From Batkoa obscura (taxonomy: Eukaryota), in NCBI GenBank assembly GCA_030770535.1, contig JASVEC010000022.1:496001-560000 (forward strand): a DNA stretch of 64,000 bases. Direction: 5' to 3'. This document shows positions 26,855 to 39,972 of this stretch, piece after piece; positions within the stretch are counted from its first letter, which is position 1, and each line of letters opens with the position of its first letter. A program made the position numbers and the translations under genes. Under the pieces are notes generated by a model that did no database searches, had not been told where the DNA came from, and saw only the letters and a program-made list of their open reading frames with translations.

Positions 26855-28310
26855 ATGACAACAAATAGCAATTCAAAGATGGAAAACAGCGAATACCATG
26901 AAGAAGAAGAGATCTTAGAGCCAAGTGCACGCAATATAATCACTTCTTTGATAGGCCAACTATCTAAAGGCTCAGATTTACATAGAGTAACATTACCTAC
27001 CTTTGTTTTAGAGCCTAGAAGTTTTTTAGAGAGGATAACTGATTTTATGAGCCATCCAGAAGAGTTATTAGAGTAAATTTATTTTTATTGTTTTAGTCTA
27101 AATTAATATTGTATTCAAAAAAGAGCTCATAAATTAGATTCCCCTGAAAAAAGAATGTTAGCAATCTGTCACTATTTTTTATCTGGGTGGCACATTAGAC
27201 CTAAGGTAAAATTTTAATTTAGCCAATTGAATTTGATCTTAAATGCTTTTAAAGGGAGTACGTAAACCATACAATCCAGTCCTTGGGGAATATTTCCGAT
27301 GCCGTTGGAATTTTTCCAATGGTACCAAAGGGTATTATTTATCTGAACAAGTATCGCATCATCCCCCAATATCAGCATATGTGTTTGCAAGCCCAGACAA
27401 TAATTTTATAATTGAAGGGGAGATGAGGCCGAAATCCAAGTTTTATGGGACATCGGCAGGAACGATGTTAGAAGGATCAGCACGTATTCGCTTATTAAAT
27501 CTTCCGGGAGAAGAATATACTATCACTTACCCTAATATTTATGTTTATGGAATCTTATTTGGTAAATTAACTTATGAACTTGGGGACATTTCAGTAATTA
27601 GATGTGAAAAAACAAACTTGGTCTGTAAGGCGGAGTTTAAAACTAAGGTAAATGGCATAATTAATAGATAGTTAAATACTAATTTTATTTAGGGATTGTT
27701 TTCTGGGTCATATCATGATTTAGCAGGTAAAATCAAGAGAATAAATACAGGAGAAACAGTATATGAAATTCAAGGAAAATGGACGGATAAATTAAAGTTG
27801 TCAGATAAAGTAAATGGTTTTTAAAATAAAGAAACTTAAGTTAAGAATTTTAGGGAGGGAAGTCTAGATTGTTTTTTGATGCTATAAGTGCTGAAGTATA
27901 TCCTAAAGATGTAGCACCAGAAGCAGAACAAGATGAATTTGAATCTAGAAGGTATGTTGATAATTTAGAGATTTTCTATTAAGTTAAACTTTCTTTTAAG
28001 GCTTTGGCAACATGTTACAGAAAATTTGAAGGTAGATCTTGATAAAGCAACTGAAGAAAAATCTCGGATAGAACAAAACCAAAGGGATCGTACTCGCAAA
28101 TATGAAGAAGCTAAAAAGAAATGGAAGCATCGATTCTTCAATGTAACTGAAAGTGGAAGTAGTTGGAAGCTTGAAAAGTAACAACAATGTTTTATTTTAT
28201 AGAAATTATTATTAATCGATTCAATTAGTCTTCCATCAAATCCTGTTGAAGCAAATGAAGCTATTGAAAACTTTATATTTAATTATAACCCTAATTCAGA
28301 GGAATGTTGA
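26855..28310 (+). CDS. Oxysterol-binding-protein homolog (Osh6/7-like), multi-exon
   Basis: GSDLHRVTLPTFVLEPRSFLER, KPYNPVLGEYF, EQVSHHPPISA signature. The last exon ends with TGA at 28308-28310. Confidence 0.92.
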
Positions 28311-29411
28311 GTAGATTTTTAAACCATCTTTATTTTTTAAGTGAATTAAATGGAATTCATAGATTTTGAGTTTGGTAAATTAAAGTAAATTGAAGTTTGA
28401 TTTTATTATATTTTTATCAAATTTTATTTAAATGTATTACATTTAATAGCTATACAAACTAATAATACTCAATAACATTAGATTTAATTTATGTTTAAAA
28501 CAGGTTAATAGATTTAAGTGAACCATTCATATTGTTAATACTAATCGAAAGTCTAAAGTTTCACTTATAATAAAACACGAATAATAGCTCTAGCTATCTT
28601 GAAACTTCAATTTTATTGTACTGTTTATTAATATTATTTAAATATTGTTAGAAAAGAATCACTTTACTTTGTATAGTGTACGATTGCAAATTTATTTTAT
28701 CTTTGATTTTCACCTATTAAATAGCTTTAATTTTAAAAATATTTTTATATTTCTTATTACATAAAAATTAATGATTTATTTGAAAATTAAAATTAAGAAT
28801 GTTTCTGTTAGTTTTTATAATCTTTATTTAACCACATAGTAATTTAATGTAATAAATCTGATTATTGTTTCTTAATATAATAATCATTTTATTTAATAAA
28901 CTACCTGATTTTTAATTGTTTTTTTTTAATACAAAAGTTTATAAGTCTTCTTTAAATGAAGACCCTTATATTTAACTTAATAAAAAATTCAAATTTATAG
29001 CAGTTTTCATTTTGGCATTTTTTAAGTAATAGGAATGTACACTACTATTTTTTATTATCACCTTATTATTATCATTGGAAAACATAGTAAATTAATATCA
29101 ATATACAAATAAATAAAATCATATAAATTGTATCTACTACGTTTTTAACAATATTTGTAAATGCCTAAATAAGATTAAAAATTAGGATTATTGTAGCTTA
29201 TCTACTAATACTTTGGATAAATAAATATACATCATCTATTAAGGCAAAGATAATCAATATTAGTCTCTGTAATCTATTTTTTAAAAGTGAAACAAATATT
29301 ATAATGATAAACTTTATAATTTAATTAAAATAAGTTTATTGAATAAAAGATATTAAATATCAGAAGGATTAAAATCTATAAATTTTATCCATTTTTATAA
29401 AAGCCAACGAT

Positions 29412-32400
29412 TTAAACATAAAAGGAAGAAAGAATAGATATACTTTTCCTTGAAAAGATTCCTAAGATTGTCTTCTTGAATAAAAGAGGAGCTACAATAA
29501 GACCTACAAAGAAAGCAAATATAATAACAAACAAGATTCCATAAAGGATGGCACGACGGCGGCGTTGATTCATTTGTCTTAATGAAAAGATGGGTGGACG
29601 TATTTGTCTGGAAGGACGTAACCAAAACAACATGGTTGAATGCCATTTATCTACGTACGGAATAAGTGTGAATGGAGCAAGTGAGAAAAAGATCAAATGA
29701 GCGGAGATGAAATCGGTTGCAAATAAAGACATTTCAATGATTTTACATACAAATTCTCTTAATGGCTGAGTAATGGTCATCCATCCTAAGCCTGCTGAAA
29801 TCCATTTACCAGTCCACCAAGCTACATTAGCACCATCATGTCCAAACTCACGTGTCAAGAACATAAACATTAATAAAGCAAATATGAAGCGTTGAATAAA
29901 CATAGCAGCGGTAATACCAAGGATAGCACGAGATAAGTTAAAGTTTTCTAAGAACCATAACAATACAAAGCAAATAATGAGATTTAAAACTGCCCAAGCA
30001 TGAGCAACAGCAGCAATGACAGCACCAAAGGATTTGGCACAGATAGTCATAACTGGACCCAAAAATAAGGAGACTGGGAATAAAACAATCAAAATACCAG
30101 CATTTAAGATGATAGGTAGGAAAGCAACTAAGATGGCACGTACCAAACCTGATGAACCTTTAAGAGAAGGAGGGGTATATGGCTTTTTGCCATTTTTATC
30201 CTCTTCAATAACAGGATCATAGTTTGAAACGATACCATAAATCAAGACAGTCAGAATGGCGAACATCATTGGTACAATGACTTCTGAGAAGAAGATAATT
30301 AAACGATGAGCTCTAGGTACATGACCTCCAATCTTTCTTTCTTTATCACCAAGCTTCTTTCTCTTTTGACCAGTGATTCTGGTACGTGCGTAACGGCAAT
30401 GAGCAACCCAGGATTCTTTTGCCGAGGAAGAGTTACCAGCAGACATCCATCTTAAAAAGTTACGATAATCAAGAATGAACTCCATTAAAGACAATTGATG
30501 AGGGTTAAAGATCCAAGGCGATAAGACCAAACCAATAACTGTGAACCAGAAGTAAAGAAAGAAAGGTGAGAAGAGATGAGGGGCAAGACAAGCGAACATT
30601 AAAAACAGGAAACCTCTCAATCCAGAATAAATACTAGAGCTAGCGAATCTTGAGTAAAGAATTGCAAAAGTTTGTCTTGTAGTAGCAAAACCACGACCAG
30701 TACCAATATATCTAGCACCACCAAAACTCATGTTACTCAAAATTGAGTTGCTAAAAATTTGAGTAGTAAAAATTTCAAACATGGGGGAGAAGGACGCTAA
30801 TTGTTTTCCAAGTCTAGCTGCCATACGAACAAAACCTTGCTCTGACAACACTTGCAAGATAAGTGGAAGGAAAGTAATGAAGAAAACAATAAAGACCGAT
30901 ACCACGGTACGGTCAATCCAGTTAGTGACTGGAAGCTTGTTCCAACACTGTAAACTTTCTTGGAACACAGGAAATTCATTATTAACTTCTGAAGTAGAAC
31001 AAACAGTTTGAGTACTAGTGATTACACCAACACAGGCTAAGACCATCAAAAAGATTTGAATAGAAAACATAATCATCATATTGTTAACTTGGAAACCAGG
31101 ATGTGCATAAAAGAGAGTTAAGAAGCGATCCAAAGGAAGCTGAGTGTAGAGATAGTAGTATTCTCTAGAGAGTAATTGTTCACCCATACCAGTACCAATC
31201 TTGGTATTGAAATTAAGCACTGAGCAAAAACCAAGATCCCTTCCTTTACCGCATTGAATGTATTCGCAATGCTTAATTCTCCCACCTCTTTGGAAAGCAT
31301 TCATACCAGCATAGATATCTTCATTTAAATGAAGACCTTTTTGTGCTTTAGATAAGCCACCACGAGTGTTCATAAAGACCATATTCAAGAAATCAGGATG
31401 ACCATAATGTAATCTACCACCAACAGTGGACAAAATACGATGGGTAAGCGTACCAAAAGTTTGTTCTTTACCAGCAGCAATATCACCAAGTACACCAATA
31501 TTTTCAGAAAAGATATATTCTCTGGCACCAATAATGGCAACTGGTTTCTTTATTTCTTCTGCGGCTGAAGCTGGAGCATATGGAGAATGTTGTGGAGCTT
31601 GATATTCTTCAAATTCGGCTAAAACGGAACGGATTTTAAGTGCTTCCTCAAGATAATTATCTTGATTAGCATCAATGACTTGAATATATTCACCTCTTGT
31701 GAATATAATAGCATGATTTTGATTATCCGATTTACCGTCACCAAGAATAGGATTTCCGGGAATACGAATACGATATTTGGGTTCTCTTTTACCATCTTCG
31801 TTAACTGGCATATGACCATCAGTTAAACAAGAGTACATGACAACTTCATCTTCAGTGACACCTTTTTCTTCTTCAAGATAAGCAATTTGGAGATCCGGAT
31901 AAGTTTTTAATAAGAAGTCTACATTTTCTTTTTCCTCCTTATTAAATTTGGTATATCTTTGCATAGAAATCAAGAAGTTGAATTTACGCCTTGCCATTAA
32001 ATCTAACTCTTCGTCTAAAGCTTCACTATTACCACCTAGCAACTGAACCAACTCTGGGTTCTCGATTCGATGCAATAACTTTAAGGCTTTAGAGTAGTTC
32101 ATAAATCCAGAGATGGTACGGTATAAAGTTTGAGATCTTAAAGAGGCCCAGATTCTAGTACGTAAAGTAAACTCAGGTGCAGCAGATTTAAACCCAATAC
32201 AATAAAATGGCAAATCGTCCATTTTAACCTTTGTATCTTGCTTATCACTAGCAATTTCATCAATAGGGAAAGTTGGAGGTTCATTGTCCATTAGAGAGTT
32301 TTCTTCTGCTAATATCTTAGTATCTTTAACAAAGTTATCCCATTCAACAGTATATAAAGATTTTAAGTATTCCAAAAGGGTAACTCGGGTATATTGATCA

Positions 32401-35177
32401 TCTTCACGAATAATTTCTCTTAATGATAATAAAATCTTTTCAGCATAATGAGGAGTAAAGACAGTAAAAGTAGGCATGTTTTCAACTGGTAATGGTTCTG
32501 GTATAACTGTAGATAAAGAAGAGGCAAAAAAGGAAATTCTTCTTTCAGCTTCTGAGCCGGGAGGATAAAATTCAGTATTAACACCAGTATCTTCCTGTGC
32601 AACAAAGAATGAAGGGGGTTTGAGTTTTTTCTTTCCTTCAATATCGCTAGCAACTTGTTGGTATAAAAGCTTTTGTACATGATCAATAGAAACTAAATGA
32701 TCTCTATACATGGAAATAATGATTGCGTTCCATACTTGGGAGCATAGCATTTTAGGTCTTAATTTAATTTCCATATTAGAGGTAGCCAATAATTTAGTGT
32801 AAATACGCTTTGGTAATCTACCAAATATATTTTTCCATGGAGATAAGATAGAAATCCCCATAGAGAATGCGTTCGCAATAGAAAATAAAGAACTGATTAT
32901 AATATACCAAAGATAAGAATCTAAGAAGAACATAACCAACAATAAGAGAACCATCATGATCATAGTAATAGGTCCCATTAATTTACAAATTGAAAAGCCA
33001 CCTAAATAACCTTTTAAAGCATCTTGACAATCTCCCATGTCTAAATAAACCAAAGCACGGAAAGCGTTTTTTACTGACCAAATTAAGGCTAAGTAACTTT
33101 CAATCAATTTACAAGCTCCAATCAATGCCCACATACTCACGGATGCAGCACGGTTATTAAAATCTAAACTTGCATAATCGGCAGTAAATGCACGGTTAGT
33201 GATATTTGGCTTAGAACTAGTTAACAAAGTTAAGCTTGGAATATAATTGAAAAGGTTGGCAGGAGGTATAACGGTAAGGAAAATAGTAGTAGCAACGGCA
33301 AATGCGGCATGCAGTGGACCAAGGATTTGAGCGATGACATTTTCTCTATCCAAAATGAGCTCACCCTTTTTAAGCTTAATAGAAAGCCAAGCAACAACGG
33401 CAGCTGGAGCAACATTTAATATATAAATAACTGAAAGGATAGCCATTCTGCGAAACAAAATACGGTATTTAGCCCAGTCTTTTTCAATGAAAAACAGTTC
33501 ACAGAAGCTACCCCATAACGCTATAAAAGCAGATATGGCACCACCTAAACCTACTAATGACCACAATTGAGGAGGAAAGTTAGCTTCGTTAGCTTCAAGG
33601 TCGATACCATCTTCTCTATCAGTTACATATTGATCATAAGATATTAAGATGAAAGGCGAGTTAATAATCCAAAAGTAATAAAACACGGAAATGTGGAAGA
33701 TCCATAATCGAGAGAAGTTGGTGATAATGTGTAGCCATGTTCTTCTTTCAAAGTATGTTTTCTTTATGGATTTTTTCCAGTTGACATCCTTTAATCTTTG
33801 ATATCTCTCTCCAGGAACTAAACTCATAAGTTTGGTTTTTTTATCTTCTAAAACTAATCGTTCACAAGATTCCCTAGTCCAGAAGGTTTCGTTTATATCA
33901 TCATAACCAATAACTTGAGCATGGTCTCTTTCTCTTTTCAAGAATTGACCATTCACTACTTCATAATTTTGATCACGGATATAGTTATATAATGGAGTGA
34001 CGACATTATTTAGAAAATCTCCTTCTTCAACACTATTGTTTTTTGCAGTGTCATCGATAGATAAGTAATGATCATTTGCCAATTTAAAAATAAAGCAGAT
34101 GACTTCAGGTAAATAACGTATGTTTAAAGCTTCACCCCAAATCAATAAATATAAGGCAATATTTCTAACCCTTTCGTGTTGGGTTAACTTGGACATCTTA
34201 TTACGCCACCACTCTTCCAAAGACTCAGCCATGTATTGTTCTTCCATTTGATCTCCAATACCACTACCAAGTTTTAAGTCTTGGTGTAAAGAAGAGTCTT
34301 TATTAAACTCGGCAGCAAAGAACCACTTTCTGTAATTAGAATTTACCCCACCAATATAATCAGCATGTAAGGTTAATAATGCTAAAGTTGGAGACATTCT
34401 TGATGCTCTGGAATCCAACATGGTCATTAAAGAATCGTATTGGTTCCTTATACTATCAGTTTGAAAACCAAACTTAGCTTTAAGGTCCATAAAGATATCT
34501 AAGATCTCTTCTTTACTTAAAGGTACTTGGTTTTGTGTACTCCAAGCAGGCCATGGATAATCTTTAGCTAAAGAACGATGTCCAGGGAGATCAAAGTATT
34601 CAGTCTCATTATTATTATCTGACACCCATGAACTAGCTCTTGAGAAAGAGGAAACAGATTGTGCTGGGTATTGAGGCTTTTTGCTTTCAATCAAAGCCAA
34701 TAAAGATTCAGTAGATGGAGCGTATTTAGCATAACGAGAATCTGCTAATTTAGTACTTCTTAAGGAACCAAAAAGATCTAAACTGTTAAAATGCTCCTGG
34801 CTTGCTTCTCTTATTGATGATTGAGATGAACTACTGCCGCCCATGCCTAATTCTAAGATTGACTCCGGGTAGTTTCCACCTTGGTTGCTGCCTTTGATCC
34901 GATTAACATCTAGTATCGGTGAAGGTTGCTTGGGTACTTGTAAATTATTAGGTGAATTTACAGAAGAATCTGATGAATAGTAAGGAGATCTCATTGGGTT
35001 TTCTATATCGTATTCCTCCTGGTTTTCATCAAGATAATTATTAATAAAGGATATTGATGTATTATATGGGTTTAAGCGAGGATCATTGGTGAAATCCTCC
35101 TCTAAGTATTCTAATTGTTCATAAGTTTCATTATCATCTTTCTCCTGCTTATTATTTTTTTTGTTAATCCCCTTCAT
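29412..35177 (-). CDS. FKS1: 1,3-beta-glucan synthase catalytic subunit (GT48), intronless
   Basis: 1921 aa; FGFQTDS, EAERRISFFA, RIWASLRSQTLYRT, GDGKSDNQNHA, IDANQDNYLEE, HYGHPDF, LHLNEDIYAG. Multi-TM C-terminus. Confidence 0.98.
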   Translation of the reverse strand: MKGINKKNNKQEKDDNETYEQLEYLEEDFTNDPRLNPYNTSISFINNYLDENQEEYDIENPMRSPYYSSDSSVNSPNNLQVPKQPSPILDVNRIKGSNQGGNYPESILELGMGGSSSSQSSIREASQEHFNSLDLFGSLRSTKLADSRYAKYAPSTESLLALIESKKPQYPAQSVSSFSRASSWVSDNNNETEYFDLPGHRSLAKDYPWPAWSTQNQVPLSKEEILDIFMDLKAKFGFQTDSIRNQYDSLMTMLDSRASRMSPTLALLTLHADYIGGVNSNYRKWFFAAEFNKDSSLHQDLKLGSGIGDQMEEQYMAESLEEWWRNKMSKLTQHERVRNIALYLLIWGEALNIRYLPEVICFIFKLANDHYLSIDDTAKNNSVEEGDFLNNVVTPLYNYIRDQNYEVVNGQFLKRERDHAQVIGYDDINETFWTRESCERLVLEDKKTKLMSLVPGERYQRLKDVNWKKSIKKTYFERRTWLHIITNFSRLWIFHISVFYYFWIINSPFILISYDQYVTDREDGIDLEANEANFPPQLWSLVGLGGAISAFIALWGSFCELFFIEKDWAKYRILFRRMAILSVIYILNVAPAAVVAWLSIKLKKGELILDRENVIAQILGPLHAAFAVATTIFLTVIPPANLFNYIPSLTLLTSSKPNITNRAFTADYASLDFNNRAASVSMWALIGACKLIESYLALIWSVKNAFRALVYLDMGDCQDALKGYLGGFSICKLMGPITMIMMVLLLLVMFFLDSYLWYIIISSLFSIANAFSMGISILSPWKNIFGRLPKRIYTKLLATSNMEIKLRPKMLCSQVWNAIIISMYRDHLVSIDHVQKLLYQQVASDIEGKKKLKPPSFFVAQEDTGVNTEFYPPGSEAERRISFFASSLSTVIPEPLPVENMPTFTVFTPHYAEKILLSLREIIREDDQYTRVTLLEYLKSLYTVEWDNFVKDTKILAEENSLMDNEPPTFPIDEIASDKQDTKVKMDDLPFYCIGFKSAAPEFTLRTRIWASLRSQTLYRTISGFMNYSKALKLLHRIENPELVQLLGGNSEALDEELDLMARRKFNFLISMQRYTKFNKEEKENVDFLLKTYPDLQIAYLEEEKGVTEDEVVMYSCLTDGHMPVNEDGKREPKYRIRIPGNPILGDGKSDNQNHAIIFTRGEYIQVIDANQDNYLEEALKIRSVLAEFEEYQAPQHSPYAPASAAEEIKKPVAIIGAREYIFSENIGVLGDIAAGKEQTFGTLTHRILSTVGGRLHYGHPDFLNMVFMNTRGGLSKAQKGLHLNEDIYAGMNAFQRGGRIKHCEYIQCGKGRDLGFCSVLNFNTKIGTGMGEQLLSREYYYLYTQLPLDRFLTLFYAHPGFQVNNMMIMFSIQIFLMVLACVGVITSTQTVCSTSEVNNEFPVFQESLQCWNKLPVTNWIDRTVVSVFIVFFITFLPLILQVLSEQGFVRMAARLGKQLASFSPMFEIFTTQIFSNSILSNMSFGGARYIGTGRGFATTRQTFAILYSRFASSSIYSGLRGFLFLMFACLAPHLFSPFFLYFWFTVIGLVLSPWIFNPHQLSLMEFILDYRNFLRWMSAGNSSSAKESWVAHCRYARTRITGQKRKKLGDKERKIGGHVPRAHRLIIFFSEVIVPMMFAILTVLIYGIVSNYDPVIEEDKNGKKPYTPPSLKGSSGLVRAILVAFLPIILNAGILIVLFPVSLFLGPVMTICAKSFGAVIAAVAHAWAVLNLIICFVLLWFLENFNLSRAILGITAAMFIQRFIFALLMFMFLTREFGHDGANVAWWTGKWISAGLGWMTITQPLREFVCKIIEMSLFATDFISAHLIFFSLAPFTLIPYVDKWHSTMLFWLRPSRQIRPPIFSLRQMNQRRRRAILYGILFVIIFAFFVGLIVAPLLFKKTILGIFSRKSISILSSFYV

Positions 35178-36822
35178 AGTATATTATTTATTTAGGTAAT
35201 AATAAGAAGATGTGTTAAGAGCTTATTATTATTATAATTTTTATGATATATGGAACTCTAAAGTAATAATTTAATAAAACAAAAGCAAAAAATAAAATTA
35301 ATTATTTATAAAAATATTTCTTATAATCTACTGTTTTTAACGAAAACGTTATAAAATGTTATTAACACAAGGTAAGCTATGTATTTGAATATTAAAAACG
35401 TCAATTCAGGGGTAAATTTTAGTGTCTAAAGCCATATTGAGCTAAATGTAGGCTTATAAAATTCAATTATTATCTTCCCCCAACCAATTTAATGTCAACA
35501 GTTGAATTTTTAAGCTGGAAAAATTATTAAATTAAATTTAACTTTTACCCCACAATTTCCCATCCACCCTTATTTGTTGTTAGCTAATAATCATTAGCGA
35601 TAGTATGGGGTCAACAAAAATTCAAAGAAATTAATTTTATAGAATAACGTACCCCCGATTATCGCTATTTTATAGTTAAATAGCACTTGTTATTATTATG
35701 TAAAAAGATTTTTAAATTTTACAATATTTATAAAAACAAGACGTTAAGGATGGTAAATATTCAAATTAAAGTATAAATTAGAGAGACTATTAGGTTTCGC
35801 ATTCTAATCTTACTTTTTAGTTAACTAAAAATAATTTAAAGCATGCTTTCAATTTAAAAATTATCTCAATCTCTTTCATTGTTATTGATATTCTTACAAT
35901 TACTGTTTTATTCTAAAAAACACATTCTTGAATTTCTTTAAAGTCTATTTTAATTGTTATCTTATACCTGATTATAAAAAAACGATGGCTAATAAATCAT
36001 ATACTAACGTTTTGAACATTGATAAGCGTATATATAAAAATCTATAAACTGTAGATTAATTAATCATAGTTTTTTTTAGTATCAAAAATTTTATGATTAG
36101 CATTTAAATATCATGAACTTTATTCAAGAATACATCAATTGTAGCGGTACATATTAAAGACTTTTAAAAAGGAATGCATTATCTTATTATTAAAATTCAT
36201 GTACTCCACTAATATAGTTATTAAAACAGAATTCGTTGTATTTCTTAATTTATGCTATTGGTAATAGAAAATATCTTTGTTAGATTGTTGTACATCTATT
36301 TTTAAACATTTTTAAAATATTAATAACTAGAATTATAGAAGTTGGCTTACAACTAAAGCCATTATTAATACGAATACTTAACATAAACAATCTTGAATTA
36401 CTATTAACAGTAATTTTTACTATATGCCTTTCTACTTTAATTATTTGGTTCAAGAAATTTAATATTAATGTTTTAGTACTTATTATGGTTTATTGTTAAT
36501 TTATATGATTGTTATTTTAGCTAAAAGAATAATAATTGTATAACTTAAATTTCAGTTTATATTTAAGTGTTATATTATTTGGAACATTCTGTATGCACTA
36601 CAATGTAATTTATCACATTTACACTATTATTAGAACCCAACTACTATCATTATAAAGTGCTATATAGAAAATAAAATTTATTGTATTGGCAAATGATTAT
36701 TTAATTTAGTGGCTTTAAAAAGTTCAATACAGTTTAATTTAATTGGCTCGTTCATGTAGAGAAAAAATGATGATTATATCAAATTAGGGGTAACTAAAAA
36801 CTAAGATTAGTTTTTATTTACA

Positions 36823-37340
36823 ATGGTAATTTTTAGTTAAAGTATGAGAAATAAATATTAACTATTAAAGTCATCATCAAGTTCTCAAGGCATCCAAACT
36901 CTACTTGAAGCTGAAAAAGAAGCTTCAAAAATTGTAGAAAAAGCCCGTCAATGTAATTAATAAATTAATAAATTAATAAATGATTAATTACTAATGATTT
37001 ATAGATCGCACACAAAGACTTAAGGAAGCACGTTTAGAAGCATCAAAAGAGATCGATGCTCTTAAGCAAAAAAAGAATCAGGACTTTCAAGAGTTCGAAA
37101 AACAAGTAAGTATTTTATTAACTATCATTATTATTTATAATAATCATTTTTTTTAAAAAGCATCTTGGTTCAACTGATGATGTAGTAAAATCAATTAGTG
37201 AAGAGACCAAAGTTAAAGTTAGTGAAATCAAAGAATTGTATAATAAAAATAAGGATTCTGTTGCTCAAAAACTTATTGAAACTGTCTTGAATGTTAAGCC
37301 TGAACCACATCGTAACTCTAAGTTCGAGTCTACTGCTTAG
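36823..37340 (+). CDS. VMA10: V-type ATPase subunit G
   Basis: ATG-only first exon (36823-36825), then SSSSQGIQTLLEAEKEASKIVEKARQ|YRTQRLKEARLEA... Three introns; TAG at 37338-37340. Confidence 0.93.
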
Positions 37341-38141
37341 GTAATAAAGCGAGAGCATTTTTTATAAGGAATGGATTTATATTTGTTTAAGAATTAAGTT
37401 TATTGACAATTTTAAATGAATTATAGCTTTATATTTAAATAATATACTTAATTATCACATTGATTGTATTAGCTGTTATACTAATTTAAGAATAAAACAC
37501 ATATACCAAATAGTGTAAGTCTTAATTTTTTCTATTTTTGAATAATCACAACCCTTAGCCTTTTTCCCATTTATTTATGATAGAAACAAACCGTAATTTG
37601 ATACTTTTTCAAATAATATTTATTATAGATTTGACCTAAAATTGTATACTCAAATCAAACAATTTTTTCTGAGACTTTGATAAGAATAAACTCATTAAAC
37701 TAATAAAGGCAAACCCAGCTATTTTATTGTTTTAAATTTATCATTTTAAATTATGATAGTATACTTTATATTTTAAATATTAATATACAAAATTAGTTAT
37801 TGACCGTGTATAAGTACAAACAATATCTAATCTTAAACATGTAAGTATTATGATTATTAAACTAAGATTTTAATATTAGATAAAAAAGATTACGTTATTT
37901 TAAAGTAATTGTATAATATACAATAGTTAGACATTTAACTTATTTAACAATACAATTCAAAGTATCAAATAATAATCAAAGTGGAGGTTTTTATAGGTTA
38001 ATTAAACATTTCACATGTAGTGACTGATTAGCTTAAGTGCCTAAAAAGCATGATTTTTAATTGCAATATTGATTTCATTGGTCTAAAAATGGATAAGATA
38101 AAAATGAAAAAATCAATTTAAAGTTTTAAAGATATTAAAAA

Positions 38142-38990
38142 ATGGTAGACGAAGTCGATTTAGAAAAAGTATATAAAATAAGTTTATTAGAAAGTGAGAA
38201 TTCTAAAAAAGTATTAGAAAGTATTAAAGTAATAGAGCAAGCCTTGGAAGTTTATGGGTAATTGAAAAGTTTGTTATTTTAAAAGCAAACTAATATTTTA
38301 TTTAGAGTTAATGGGGTAGCTTTAAGCTTTAATGGTGGCAAAGATTGTACAGTAATATTAAGTTTATTTTTAGCTGTAAGAAATAGATATTTAAAACAAA
38401 AAAAAGCAGTACCTGCTTTTTATATTAATACTCCAAACCCATTTAAAGAAATTGAAGAATTTGTTGATAAATGTGAAAAACAACATAATATATTATTATA
38501 TCGAATGAATGGTCCTTTAAAAATGGGTCTTGGTGAATTTTTGGAGAAACATAAAGAAATTAAAGCTGTTTTAATAGGTACCCGTAAAACAGACCCTTTT
38601 GCAGGTAATTATCACAATAAATATAATCTTCATAAATGGCTTAAAAAATTTATAGAAGATTTGAACTTTTTTAATTGTACAAGTGAAGGCTGGCCTAAAG
38701 TAATGAGAATTCATCCTATTATTTTTTGGGATTATAAAATGGTATGGTGGTTTTTACGAGAATTAAATATACCATATTGCAAATTATATGACGAAGGGTA
38801 AGTTTATCATATTAATATATGTTATTCATCAAATTAACAAAAAAATAGCTACACTTCTCTGGGAGATCGTAACAACACTGTCAAAAACCCTAAGCTTAAA
38901 AATGAATTGACTGGTGAATTCGAGCCTGCCTATAAATTATTAGAAGATAGACATGAAAGGGATGGAAGGATTAAAAATGTTAATAAATAA
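38142..38990 (+). CDS. FAD1: FAD synthetase (PAPS-reductase family)
   Basis: LSFNGGKDCTV, IGTRKTDP, WPKVMRIHPIIFW, PYCKLYDEG|YTSLG, ERDGR. Three introns. Confidence 0.92.
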
Positions 38991-39028
38991 TCATTAATAA
39001 AATTTATGTACTGATAATTGCTTGTTTT

Positions 39029-39724
39029 TTATTTTTCAAAGTTTGGCAATTGGGTAACAATTTCTTTAATTGCTTGAGTTAAAGCTGCATAGGGATAAGG
39101 GCTAGGTGGAATAGGTACGTGAACAAATAAAGCTTTAGTTAATTTAACATTATTTAATTTGGCTTCAGCTAATGAACAGAAAAGAGTATATTCGCAAAGA
39201 TATCTACCAGCATCATTACTTGGAAAACATAACTTAAAACCTCTTTGATTTAAAGCTTCACTTAATTTAACACCATCAAATAAACAATCTAAATGATATT
39301 CTTTCTTCTCTTTTACATATTTTTCGGGAACTAAATGGGTTTCTGGAATATAACCTTGATTGTCTTTTTTCATATAGCCATAACTATTAGCTAAAGTTTC
39401 AATCGCTATTTTATTTGGCAAGCCTTGACCAACATGAATTATATAGTCATAAATATTTTTGGAATGTAAAGTTGGTACTATTTTTTCGATTTCTTTATAC
39501 TCCACAGGTAACCTAATGCAATCAATCCCAAACTCAAATTCATGATTATCTCCATATAAACTTCGACCATTTAAATCTTTAATGCATTCCCAACTTGGGT
39601 TAAACTCGGGTATTGGGGTACCAAAAGGCTATAAAATATAAATAAAATAAAACTATACATAAAATTCTATTACTTCAAATCCAGTTAATAACACCTTGTA
39701 TTTTCTTAAAGATTCTTGTACCAT
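39029..39724 (-). CDS. Pyroglutamyl-peptidase I (C15)
   Basis: KVLLTGFE|PFG...NPSW, IHVGQG, IAIET, DAGRYLCEY, FVHVP. Glu-Cys-His triad present. One intron near the 5' end. Confidence 0.92.
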
Positions 39725-39900
39725 TTTATAGGATATCAAAACAACAAAATAACTAATTAATTTTATTTATAAATAGTAATAGAATAATTAATGATAATCA
39801 CAGCTATGATATTATCCCTTAATAGTTCTAAGTAACCTACTGATAATGATCTTATTTTATATTTTATAATAAATTTTATATGTTTGTAGATAATAAAAAA

Positions 39901-39972
39901 TCTCGGGTAGTATAGTGGTGAGTATCCCCGCCTGTCACGCGGGAGACCGGGGTTCAATTCCCCGCTCGAGAG
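39901..39972 (+). tRNA. tRNA-Asp(GTC)
   Basis: Acceptor stem TCTCGGG/CTCGAGA, D arm TAGTATAGTGG, anticodon arm CCCGC-CTGTCAC-GCGGG, T loop GGTTCAATTCC. TTTT shortly downstream. Confidence 0.96.

Noticed and set aside
39029..39724. Functional link between pyroglutamyl peptidase and the putative pGlu-capped peptides
   Set aside because: It is 33 kb away among housekeeping genes, is a cytosolic-type enzyme without a signal peptide, and shows no evidence of clustering.
39763..39957. 64-aa minus-strand ORF
   Set aside because: It is the antisense of tRNA-Asp plus AT-rich flank.
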